This document shows positions 6,978 to 14,538 of a stretch of 26,074 nt of DNA, one piece after another. The DNA is from a virus (taxonomy: Duplodnaviria > Caudoviricetes), in the IMG/VR virus record IMGVR_UViG_3300046163_000019, positions 1 to 26,074 of that record; one strand, 5' to 3'. The notes under the pieces were generated by a model that searched no databases, was not told the origin of the DNA, and was given only the letters and a program-made list of their open reading frames with translations. The position numbers and the translations under genes are program-made. Position 1 is the first letter of the stretch; the number at the start of each line of letters is the position of its first letter.

Positions 6978-7575
6978 TGAAAGTATTAGTAGCGTGTGAG
7001 TATTCAGGAACTGTTCGTGAAGCTTTCCGAAAAAGAGGGCATGACGCTATTTCATGCGACATTATCCCAACAGAAATAGATGGACCACATTACGAAGGCG
7101 ACATCTTTGACATCTTGTATGATGACTGGGACATGATGATTGCACACCCACCATGCACTTATTTATCTAATGCTGGAGCTAAACATTTGTATCCCCAAAA
7201 GGGAGTACTAAATGTTGAACGATATGAGAAAGGTATGGAAGCAAAGGATTTCTTTATGAAACTATGGGAGGTAACGCATATACCTAAAGTTTGTGTTGAG
7301 AATCCTATAAGTAGTAAGGTGTTCGAAATGCCTATGCACACTCAAGAGATACAGCCTTATGAATATGGGCATCCTTTATCTAAGAGAACTAGGTTATGGT
7401 TGAGGAACCTACCGCTATTACAACCAACAAACATTGTTGAAAGGAAGAGAATTGTCACGGCGCTAAAGGTAGCTGGTACAACCAAGGTGGTTTAGATCGG
7501 CAGAAACGCCGAGCTAAATTCTTTCAAGGTTGGGCTGATGCAATGGCAGATCAATGGGGAGGAACAAATGTTTAA
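6977..7575 (+). CDS. Short phage C5 cytosine methyltransferase-like protein with a -1 frame break after 7440
   Basis: VLVACEYSG, SCD, AHPPCTYLS, ENP, KRTRLW; the family-type C-terminus (RAKFFQGWADAMADQWG) is in the -1 frame ending at TAA 7575, while frame 0 stops at 7495. Confidence 0.85.
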
Positions 7576-7851
7576 CACAGAACACGCTGCGTGCAAAGGA
7601 CAACAAAACTTTTTTTTGCAGAAAAAAGTAGAGTCAAAGTTAGACAGGCACAAATGATATGTCAAACCTGTCCAGTCTTAGAAGAGTGTAGAGAGTACGC
7701 AGTAACCAACCGTGTGTACTACGGGGTATGGGGAGGCTACAATCGTACTCAGTTAAACGCTGAACGTAGACGTAGAGGAATTGTCCTACCCATGCACTAC
7801 AGTCATACTGTAGAACAAAGGGAAAAGAGGAAGAGGTGCTTGACCCTGTAG
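7568..7851 (+). CDS. whiB: WhiB-family Fe-S transcription regulator with a -1 frame break at about 7600-7617
   Basis: SD GGAGG + ATG 7568 gives MFNTEHAACKG (first Cys); the -1 frame gives LFF...CQTCPVLEEC...GVWGG. Confidence 0.88.
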
Positions 7852-7855
7852 ACTC

Positions 7856-7927
7856 TATACAGTATAACTGTATAATGGTATTTAAGAATCCCTTAAAGAT
7901 TCTTAAATACCTAAACAGTAACGTTAC
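7856..7927. repeat. AT-rich cluster of three inverted repeats (promoter/operator or origin candidate)
   Basis: TATACAGT-ATA-ACTGTATA (7856-7874); GGTATTTAAGAATC-N7-GATTCTTAAATACC (7877-7911); GTAACGTTAC (7918-7927); TATAAT at 7871. Confidence 0.75.
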
Positions 7928-7997
7928 AGTTGGGGCTGGGCTAAGTGCGCTTCTCCCTCTCTCTCGGCTCAGTTCCAACTGTACATAAAGGAGAAGC
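7925..7997 (+). ncRNA. Putative SD-sequestering pseudoknot in the nuclease leader
   Basis: 17-bp stem 7925-7941/7967-7983 with three G-U pairs; loop GCTTCTCC (7949-7956) is complementary to GGAGAAGC (7990-7997). Confidence 0.55.
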
Positions 7998-7999
7998 AA

Positions 8000-8773
8000 A
8001 TGAAAGAAATAAAAATAAGGCAAAGTTTTATAAACACTTTCCTTCGATGCCCCGAACAGGCACGTCAAGAGCGTCTTAGTTTGGTCCAGCAAAAGGAAAG
8101 TAGCGACCTACTCCGTGGAAACGCTGTCCATGCTGCTATAGAACACGCAGGACTGTTATCACTTGGCGGACAACACGATGTAGACTATGACGAAATCATA
8201 GATGTCACTGACACATACATTGCTGATAACGCTAATGACGTTGAAGTGTGGAGGCAAGAATACGATTCCGTTGTTGATACTTGCCGAGCTAATGTAACTA
8301 CATGGTACAACGATCTCTGGCCCTCACTTGATCCAGTAGCAGTAGAGCAAACGTTTAGTAAATCAATGGGAGTGCGTCACGGAATACAACTCACATTAAC
8401 AGGGACCGCTGACTGGACAGACAAGAGCGGTGTCCTATGGGATTGGAAGAATCCATCACGCCATTATCAAGCATGGGAGAAGAAACGTTGGGATATCCAA
8501 TCTCACGCCTATACTTGGGCATTAGAAAAAGAACAATTTAATTTAGCCGTGTTTGCAAAAGGCAAACTACAGGTGATAGAAATACATAGAAGCGAAGCTG
8601 AGAAGCAAGCGTTCATAGAACTTTGCTGGTCCATAGTACCGACACTACTGACCATTGATGAAGCCAGTACCTGGCCGATGCGATGGGAAGGGTGGCATTG
8701 CTCACCCAAGTGGTGTCCAGTATGGCAGGCAGGTAAATGCAGAGGTGAACACCTCGAAATAGAGCCTTGGTAA
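8000..8773 (+). CDS. PD-(D/E)XK exonuclease (RecB/Cas4-like)
   Basis: CP...GNAVH, VEQ, GTAD, DWK, QSHAY and a C-terminal Cys cluster CSPKWCP...C. Confidence 0.88.
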   Translation: MKEIKIRQSFINTFLRCPEQARQERLSLVQQKESSDLLRGNAVHAAIEHAGLLSLGGQHDVDYDEIIDVTDTYIADNANDVEVWRQEYDSVVDTCRANVTTWYNDLWPSLDPVAVEQTFSKSMGVRHGIQLTLTGTADWTDKSGVLWDWKNPSRHYQAWEKKRWDIQSHAYTWALEKEQFNLAVFAKGKLQVIEIHRSEAEKQAFIELCWSIVPTLLTIDEASTWPMRWEGWHCSPKWCPVWQAGKCRGEHLEIEPW

Positions 8774-8794
8774 ACAAGGAGAAAGAGAGTAATA

Positions 8795-9550
8795 ATGGGA
8801 CAGGCAAAGATAAGTGTAATGTTTACGCAGAAAATATCTGAACAGCCTTACGAGACAAGTGACTACTCACTAACGATTGAGCGCACTGTTGACGACACAG
8901 GAGAAGCCGAAATAATGGAGCAATCACAGCTCTTATTTGAGATGGCTAAATCAGAAGTGTTGAAACAAGCAGGTCAAGAGTTTGACATGAGTGACACAGG
9001 CGTAGTGATGCGCCGACTCAAAAGTGCTGTTCCCCAAGCTACAAGTAGTGCGTCAAGCGCCCCTACGCAAGCACCCACCAATAGTAGCCAAAGTGGTCCA
9101 ACGGCTAAATCCATAGCAGCACCACCAGCTAGACCAGCACCTTCAGGTGGTAAAATCACAGGCAGGACATACAAGCGAACACTTACCTGTGTAGGAAAGG
9201 ATTCAGACAAGAAGCAAGCAGCGTTCAATATACTTGCATTCCAACCAGCTACATGGATGGGTGACACAGGCGAACAGCGAGTGTACACAGTCAAGGAACA
9301 CGCTGATGGTTCAACAGACACCACGAATCGTGGAACTAACTATCCTAACTTCTCTATCACAGCAGATGCACTCAAGCACTGTGGCATTGCGGTAGAGCGA
9401 GACTATGGTGTATGGATCAACGATGGTGATAGTAACGTGCCATTAAAGGTCTGGGATCAAGTCGGGGGACAGACAGAAGCTGATGCCATTGAATGGGATT
9501 GGGTAACTCGCAGGGCAGAGCTACAACAATTCGCTTATCAGGCTAAGTAA
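8795..9550 (+). CDS. Hypothetical replication-module protein (two domains, Ala/Ser/Pro linker; possible SSB or recombination protein)
   Basis: 251-aa ORF between the exonuclease and helicase; function inferred from position only. Confidence 0.75.
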   Translation: MGQAKISVMFTQKISEQPYETSDYSLTIERTVDDTGEAEIMEQSQLLFEMAKSEVLKQAGQEFDMSDTGVVMRRLKSAVPQATSSASSAPTQAPTNSSQSGPTAKSIAAPPARPAPSGGKITGRTYKRTLTCVGKDSDKKQAAFNILAFQPATWMGDTGEQRVYTVKEHADGSTDTTNRGTNYPNFSITADALKHCGIAVERDYGVWINDGDSNVPLKVWDQVGGQTEADAIEWDWVTRRAELQQFAYQAK

Positions 9551-10524
9551 TGTCGGAGGGTGCAACAACCCTCACTGAGGAAGAGGTCAAGGCCAGGATA
9601 AATGGTCTTGACCTCTCCCAAGAGGGAGACAAATACAAATTTTTTAAGCCAACATCAGAAGCTGTAGATAAGTGGGTGCAATACGCTAAGGGAAGCCATG
9701 ACTGCTTCTACCTCGGATTGCAAGACATAGACTCCAAGATGCGAGGCATCTGGCCCTCAGATGTTTTAGTCGTTACAGGCAGAGCGCACTCAGGCAAGAG
9801 CGCTGTTCTTCTATCAAGTATCGCCAGAAACTTGCAAGAGAATCCTGACTTTTACGGAGTCATCTACACACCTGATGAACCTGAGATTCTTGTAGTCTCT
9901 AAGCTCTATGCTTTGCTGTTCAAACGTAACTTAGCTGAAGTAGAGGAAGCTCTACGCATAGAAGATCGAGATGTGGTATCAGAGATAAACGAAGCTAGAG
10001 ATGGCTTTCTAGATCGTGTCAAGATATTCCCTAGCGCTATGACGTTTGAAGACATGAGCGAAGCAATGAGCGAATGTGAAGACTACTGGCAAAGCAAACC
10101 AGGTTTTGTAATGGTGGATTTCCTAGAGCAACTACCCAAAGCATCAGGTTATGAAGGCGTATCAAACGTTCTTAAAGGCTTGAAAGAATGGGCAGAACAT
10201 CAGAACCTACCTGTAGGACTTGTACATCAATCAGGGAAATCGTCACAACGAGGAACCTCAAATGGTATGAACTCAGGCAAGTTCAACGCAGACGAATACG
10301 CAATACAACAACTAAACGTATTCCGAAAGCGTGAAGACCCTAAGCTATCAGACGAGGAACGGCGCATACATAGCGTCAGCGTATCGCTAGACCTATGCAA
10401 GAACAAGCGCCCACCCTGTCAGATAACATCTCCACCTGTTGACTACTACATGGACCCTGCTTGCGGATTCGTTCGTGAATACTATGAGTCAGACATACCA
10501 GAGGATGAGCGATGGCTGGAATAA
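9550..10524 (+). CDS. DnaB-like (SF4) replicative helicase
   Basis: Walker A GRAHSGKS, Walker B VMVDFLEQL, LVHQ, KNK; adjacent to the primase. Confidence 0.88.
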   Translation: MSEGATTLTEEEVKARINGLDLSQEGDKYKFFKPTSEAVDKWVQYAKGSHDCFYLGLQDIDSKMRGIWPSDVLVVTGRAHSGKSAVLLSSIARNLQENPDFYGVIYTPDEPEILVVSKLYALLFKRNLAEVEEALRIEDRDVVSEINEARDGFLDRVKIFPSAMTFEDMSEAMSECEDYWQSKPGFVMVDFLEQLPKASGYEGVSNVLKGLKEWAEHQNLPVGLVHQSGKSSQRGTSNGMNSGKFNADEYAIQQLNVFRKREDPKLSDEERRIHSVSVSLDLCKNKRPPCQITSPPVDYYMDPACGFVREYYESDIPEDERWLE

Positions 10525-11408
10525 AAGACGTACTAGAAGACTTTGCAAGCCTCCACGAAGGCGGTGCAATAGCCTTAGTGAAAGACAGGGTACGACCACA
10601 CACCAAAGACATCACAGACGAAATTTACCAAGAAGCCATAGCGGAACATCTTGGAGGCGATGTTCCTTTGGGCGTGTACCCTCTATGGGAACGGAACAAC
10701 GTTTGGATGGTAAGTTGGGTAGCCGTAGACTTAGACGAAGGCGAACTATCAAGCGTACATGCAGACAATCTGATCACCTTGTTAGATCAGATGAGTATAA
10801 AAGCATGGAAAGAACCTTCACGCAGTAAAGGCTACCATGTATGGGTATACCTCAAAGAAGCCTTATCAGCTCAAGTTGCACGCAAAGGAATGATAGGGGC
10901 GTGCAGAACAGTAGACGTACCCATTCGAGAAGTCTACCCAAAGCAAGTCAAACTAGAGGAAGGCAAGATAGGCAACTGCCTACGCTTACCGTATCCCAAG
11001 ATCAGAGACAAGGATAGGCAAGTCGTAGAGGGCTACACACTAGAAGAGTTCACGAAAGAAGCTATAGTAAAACGAACTCCACCAGGTGTGTACCGCAAAC
11101 TTATGCAACTACACAGAGCCACTGAACCTGCGAAACTCAAACAAGTTTCAGCAGGGACCAAGACAGAAGGTCAATTTTATGGTTCAGCTCAACGCATATG
11201 GGATAACCCTACTCTAAAAGAAGACAGGTCAGCCACCTTGTTTAGCTTTGCTTGTAGCCTGCTATGGCAAGAATACTCAATAGACGCTACAGTGGATTGG
11301 GTGAGACGACTAGACGACAAACTAGAAAAGTTTACTGACAGAGATGACAGAGAGCAACGCATACGAGATTTAGTAGACAGCGCTGCTAGAAAGAAAGCCC
11401 TTGATTAA
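10512..11408 (+). CDS. Archaeo-eukaryotic primase (AEP, TOTE-like) with a C-terminal helical domain
   Basis: GVYPL, DLD, SRSKGYHVW, EVYPKQ, GNCLRLP. Confidence 0.85.
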   Translation: MAGIKDVLEDFASLHEGGAIALVKDRVRPHTKDITDEIYQEAIAEHLGGDVPLGVYPLWERNNVWMVSWVAVDLDEGELSSVHADNLITLLDQMSIKAWKEPSRSKGYHVWVYLKEALSAQVARKGMIGACRTVDVPIREVYPKQVKLEEGKIGNCLRLPYPKIRDKDRQVVEGYTLEEFTKEAIVKRTPPGVYRKLMQLHRATEPAKLKQVSAGTKTEGQFYGSAQRIWDNPTLKEDRSATLFSFACSLLWQEYSIDATVDWVRRLDDKLEKFTDRDDREQRIRDLVDSAARKKALD

Positions 11409-11748
11409 ACCATACAAGTTCTCAATCCCGCATAGACCTAAGAGTAAAGGTAGACCTAGAGTTACCAGCAAGAATGGTAAGCAATGGGCTTACACTCCTA
11501 AGGCTACAAGAGACTGGGAAGAGGTAGTGAAATCGTACTATAAAGGTCCGAAGTTCGAAGGACCAGTTTCCTTAAGCATTGTGTTAAGGAGTAATAAGGT
11601 TACCGTAACGGTTTCACCTCTTGAAACGGAAATGTCGCCCTTACGGGGCGACATTTCTAATTATGTCAAAGGTATAGAAGACGCACTCAACGGTTTAGCC
11701 TATGATGATGACAGACAAATACACCGTCTAGTAGGGAAGAAAAAATGA
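11401..11748 (+). CDS. rusA: RusA-like Holliday junction resolvase
   Basis: PKSKGRPR and DISNYVKGIEDALNGLAYDDDRQI. Confidence 0.9.
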   Translation: MIKPYKFSIPHRPKSKGRPRVTSKNGKQWAYTPKATRDWEEVVKSYYKGPKFEGPVSLSIVLRSNKVTVTVSPLETEMSPLRGDISNYVKGIEDALNGLAYDDDRQIHRLVGKKK

Positions 11749-12200
11749 ACAAACCTTTTCATCAAGGAACATACGCAGAACGTTTCCTATCTATGGGAGA
11801 TGAAGCAGAGTCACAATTTGAAGCGCACAACACGCAATGGGCTAGGTTTGGATTTAACAGACCAGAAGGAATGACCAAGTTCCACTATCTACCTCACGTT
11901 ATACGATACACACCAGACTATGTGCAAGCAGACCCAACTAGACTGGTAGAAGTTATGGGTATGGGCAAGACACCACTAAAAATAAAGATGGAAAAGATAG
12001 CGGCAATGCAATGGTGGGATGGTCTAGAAGCACCACTGTACTTGTGGGTGTGGTCTTCAACACGACAAAACTTTGCACAAGTAAAGTTTAGAGAACTAAT
12101 GAATATCATTAATAAAAACGATGTGCCTCTAGGCAACTTTGCGGAAGGAAAGAAATACTTTTCAATAAGCTCTAAGCTCCTTCCGTGGGATGGTGACTGA
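11745..12200 (+). CDS. Putative PD-(D/E)XK-fold nuclease-like protein
   Basis: E..F helix followed by YTPDY...VEVMG; ATGA overlap. Confidence 0.6.
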   Translation: MNKPFHQGTYAERFLSMGDEAESQFEAHNTQWARFGFNRPEGMTKFHYLPHVIRYTPDYVQADPTRLVEVMGMGKTPLKIKMEKIAAMQWWDGLEAPLYLWVWSSTRQNFAQVKFRELMNIINKNDVPLGNFAEGKKYFSISSKLLPWDGD

Positions 12201-12612
12201 CGGGGTAGAGGGAGAAGAACTCTTTAACCGTTTGAAACTATTAAAGTTTCCATCGCTACGACCTGTCCGAACAAGAAGCCAAATACAAGGACTTAGCCAA
12301 CGCTACTTTGAAACAGAAGCAGAAGCTCTCATGCACGCTAGGCCAGGCTTTGAACCTGACATGTCTACAGAACTGCACGAAGAGAAACATGAGAAGCTAC
12401 GCATTGCAGTAGAAGACATGTTCAATCAACTAACAGACGAAGAGCAATGGATATACAACATGCTCGTAGATGTAGGGCTATCCATGCGTTTCGTAGCAAG
12501 ATCATTAGGAATGCCAAAGACTACATTCGCAAGGCGCAGAGATGCCTTAGCAGAGAAGATGCGTAGACTACTCCTTGAACACGAAGTAGTCAGAGACAAA
12601 CTAGGATTCTAA
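12190..12612 (+). CDS. Sigma-70 region-4-like HTH protein (candidate late transcription factor)
   Basis: LTDEEQWIY...GLSMRFVARSLGMPKTT...A..KMR pattern; last gene of the + arm. Confidence 0.75.
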   Translation: MVTDGVEGEELFNRLKLLKFPSLRPVRTRSQIQGLSQRYFETEAEALMHARPGFEPDMSTELHEEKHEKLRIAVEDMFNQLTDEEQWIYNMLVDVGLSMRFVARSLGMPKTTFARRRDALAEKMRRLLLEHEVVRDKLGF

Positions 12613-12921
12613 ATCCTTAGTGTTAATACAATCCTGCAAGAAATAAGAGAAGCCTTCTATCCAATTCAGAATAGATGTTAAAGAAATCAAATTGCCTTTA
12701 GCTGACTCTTTCCAATTCTTAACAATCCCTCTAGCCTCTGCTTCCCCAAAGACTATAAGCACACCAAGTTCGCCTTCATGCCACTGACCATGCGTGCCGT
12801 CTAACATGTCTAATCTAGTTAGATTGAGTTGAATTTCCTGCTGTATCTCGTCTTCTATATCAAGACCTTCAATAGCCATCCACTCAGCCCACTCATGCTC
12901 GAACTGGCTATTGTGAGACAT
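12601..12921 (-). CDS. Acidic hypothetical protein
   Basis: 106-aa ORF, SD AAGGA; its 3' end overlaps the converging gene. Confidence 0.8.
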   Translation of the reverse strand: MSHNSQFEHEWAEWMAIEGLDIEDEIQQEIQLNLTRLDMLDGTHGQWHEGELGVLIVFGEAEARGIVKNWKESAKGNLISLTSILNWIEGFSYFLQDCINTKDLES

Positions 12922-12923
12922 GT

Positions 12924-13112
12924 TTATCCTTTAAGACGTTCCTTCGCCAAAGACTTAACAGCAGATACGCCAGCAGCAACGCCAGCTATAACAGCACTAC
13001 GAAGAGTAGATAAATCACTGACTACGAATACAGCTAAGAAAGATTGAACGGCTGTCCAACAAGCTCGTTCACACCAATCTTTGAAGTTAAAAGGTACACG
13101 TTGTTCTGTCAT
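12924..13112 (-). CDS. Holin (r1t-like family)
   Basis: ERACWTAVQSFLAV, two hydrophobic helices, basic C-terminus; near the endolysin. Confidence 0.8.
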   Translation of the reverse strand: MTEQRVPFNFKDWCERACWTAVQSFLAVFVVSDLSTLRSAVIAGVAAGVSAVKSLAKERLKG

Positions 13113-13121
13113 AATAATTCC

Positions 13122-13553
13122 TTACCGTTGGACCATGCCCAACATTTGACTTGGATCAGAGCGCATAAAACGTTGCGCTCTTGCTTGAGGTGCATTTCCT
13201 CTTTGTCTGCCTTGTGCTGCAGCCTCAATAATTGCTTGCATATTAGGGTCCATCCTAAAAGATCGACTTTGGATTCCACCACCTAATGGAACCATTGTTG
13301 GTGTTTCATTAGGGTTAGATGGCATAGGTGTAGCAGGTGTAGGTCCACTACCTGGCCTACTAGGTAAAGGCATTGGCTGAGCTTCCCTAGGAAGTCGTGG
13401 TATAGGGTTCATTGGTGCTGTACCTAAACGTGCATCCCTTCTTCTTCCCCTACCTTGAGGCATCCTAGTAGCAGGAGAAAACCCCTGACTAATAGGAGAC
13501 ATACCTTGACCACCAGAAATAGAAGCTAACAAGTCTTGAATAGACATAGCCAT
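13122..13553 (-). CDS. Pro/Gly/Gln/Met/Arg-rich disordered protein
   Basis: 143-aa ORF in the late operon. Confidence 0.75.
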   Translation of the reverse strand: MAMSIQDLLASISGGQGMSPISQGFSPATRMPQGRGRRRDARLGTAPMNPIPRLPREAQPMPLPSRPGSGPTPATPMPSNPNETPTMVPLGGGIQSRSFRMDPNMQAIIEAAAQGRQRGNAPQARAQRFMRSDPSQMLGMVQR

Positions 13554-13591
13554 TAGTATCTAGGCTTTCTAGGTTTACGTTTCTTAGGCAC
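13553..13591 (-). CDS. 12-aa basic micropeptide MPKKRKPRKPRY
   Basis: GTG overlaps the upstream TAG, TAA overlaps the downstream ATG, SD AGGAG 6 nt upstream. Confidence 0.55.
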   Translation of the reverse strand: MPKKRKPRKPRY

Positions 13592-14310
13592 TAACCTCTC
13601 CTATAAGTAGAACGACCTTTAGATGGTCCTTGCCTAACTTTAGCAGCAGCAGCTTTACGAATATTTCTCATAAATTTATCTTTATCTATGATTCGAGGTT
13701 GATTACCTTTGTAAACGCCACCATGTGCCACGTTACGAGTAACAGTTTTAGGTCTAGCATTTTGAGGTGAGCCACCTTTGTAGCCTTGCGCTCTAACTTG
13801 TGGATACCCACCTTTAGTACCTTGAGGTTTGCTTCTAGGATAACCACCCTTAGAACCTTGACCTCTTGCACTTTGAGGAGAACCACCTTTATAGCCTTGA
13901 GCTTTAACTTGTGGGGAACCACCTTTGTAGCCTTGGGCTTTAACTTGAGGTGAGCCACCCCTTGTCCCTCGTGCTTTAACTTGTGGGTAACCACCTTTTC
14001 CACCAGTACCTTTACCGCTCTTAGGAACCGTTCTGGTTGGTTTGCCTTTACTCTTTGGCGCTCGTGGCGCTCTAACTTGTGGAGAACCGCCTTTACCGCC
14101 AGTGCCTTTACCACTCTTAGGAACCGTTCTAGTTCTGTTTTTAGTAGCAGTCATTTTTGATTTCTTAATTGTTTTCATTTTTTTAGTTTTAGAAACCCCA
14201 CTGGTTTTCTTACGAGCACCAGATTGTTTAGTGCCTACCGCACTTGACTTTTTCTTTGTCGTGGTTCGACTGGACCCACCTCTACGATAAGCTGTATCTA
14301 CTGATGGCAT
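13591..14310 (-). CDS. Very basic low-complexity protein with eight [KR]GG[SY]P repeats
   Basis: 239 aa, only three Asp and no Glu; SD AGGA. Confidence 0.8.
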   Translation of the reverse strand: MPSVDTAYRRGGSSRTTTKKKSSAVGTKQSGARKKTSGVSKTKKMKTIKKSKMTATKNRTRTVPKSGKGTGGKGGSPQVRAPRAPKSKGKPTRTVPKSGKGTGGKGGYPQVKARGTRGGSPQVKAQGYKGGSPQVKAQGYKGGSPQSARGQGSKGGYPRSKPQGTKGGYPQVRAQGYKGGSPQNARPKTVTRNVAHGGVYKGNQPRIIDKDKFMRNIRKAAAAKVRQGPSKGRSTYRRG

Positions 14311-14316
14311 TCTTTC

Positions 14317-14505
14317 CTACTTTCCGAAGGGTCTGCCACCTTCAACGGCATTCCCTAATTTAGTTGATCTTAGATAAGCAGCGTTAGCTTTAGCAGCACG
14401 TTCCATATCCGCTTTATTCATATTAGAAGAAGAATCATACGGTTGACCATCATCTTGACCACCAAACGTATCCTCAAAGCTTCCGTAACCTTCACCTTTT
14501 GGCAT
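14317..14505 (-). CDS. Small hypothetical late protein
   Basis: 62-aa ORF with SD AGGAGG. Confidence 0.8.
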   Translation of the reverse strand: MPKGEGYGSFEDTFGGQDDGQPYDSSSNMNKADMERAAKANAAYLRSTKLGNAVEGGRPFGK

Positions 14506-14510
14506 AATTG

Positions 14511-14538
14511 CCTCCTAATCTATAGGTAAACTGTCCCA
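14511..14538 (-). promoter_or_regulatory. TGGGACAG-N13-TAGGAGG motif (candidate late promoter)
   Basis: Same motif and spacing at 22136-22163. Confidence 0.55.

Noticed and set aside
8000-8773. Cas4 as evidence for a CRISPR-Cas system
   Set aside because: No other cas genes or array; solo Cas4/RecB-like nucleases are common in phage replication modules
10439-10828. 129-aa same-strand overlapping ORF across the helicase/primase junction
   Set aside because: Arg-rich frame-shadow composition, no motif, no clear SD
13553-13591. PKKRK as a nuclear localisation signal implying a eukaryotic host
   Set aside because: SD-led operons, WhiB and a peptidoglycan amidase indicate a bacterial host; short basic motifs arise easily
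13686-14114. 142-aa alternative-frame ORF in the basic repeat gene
   Set aside because: Explained by repeat periodicity; the synonymous variation tracks the main frame
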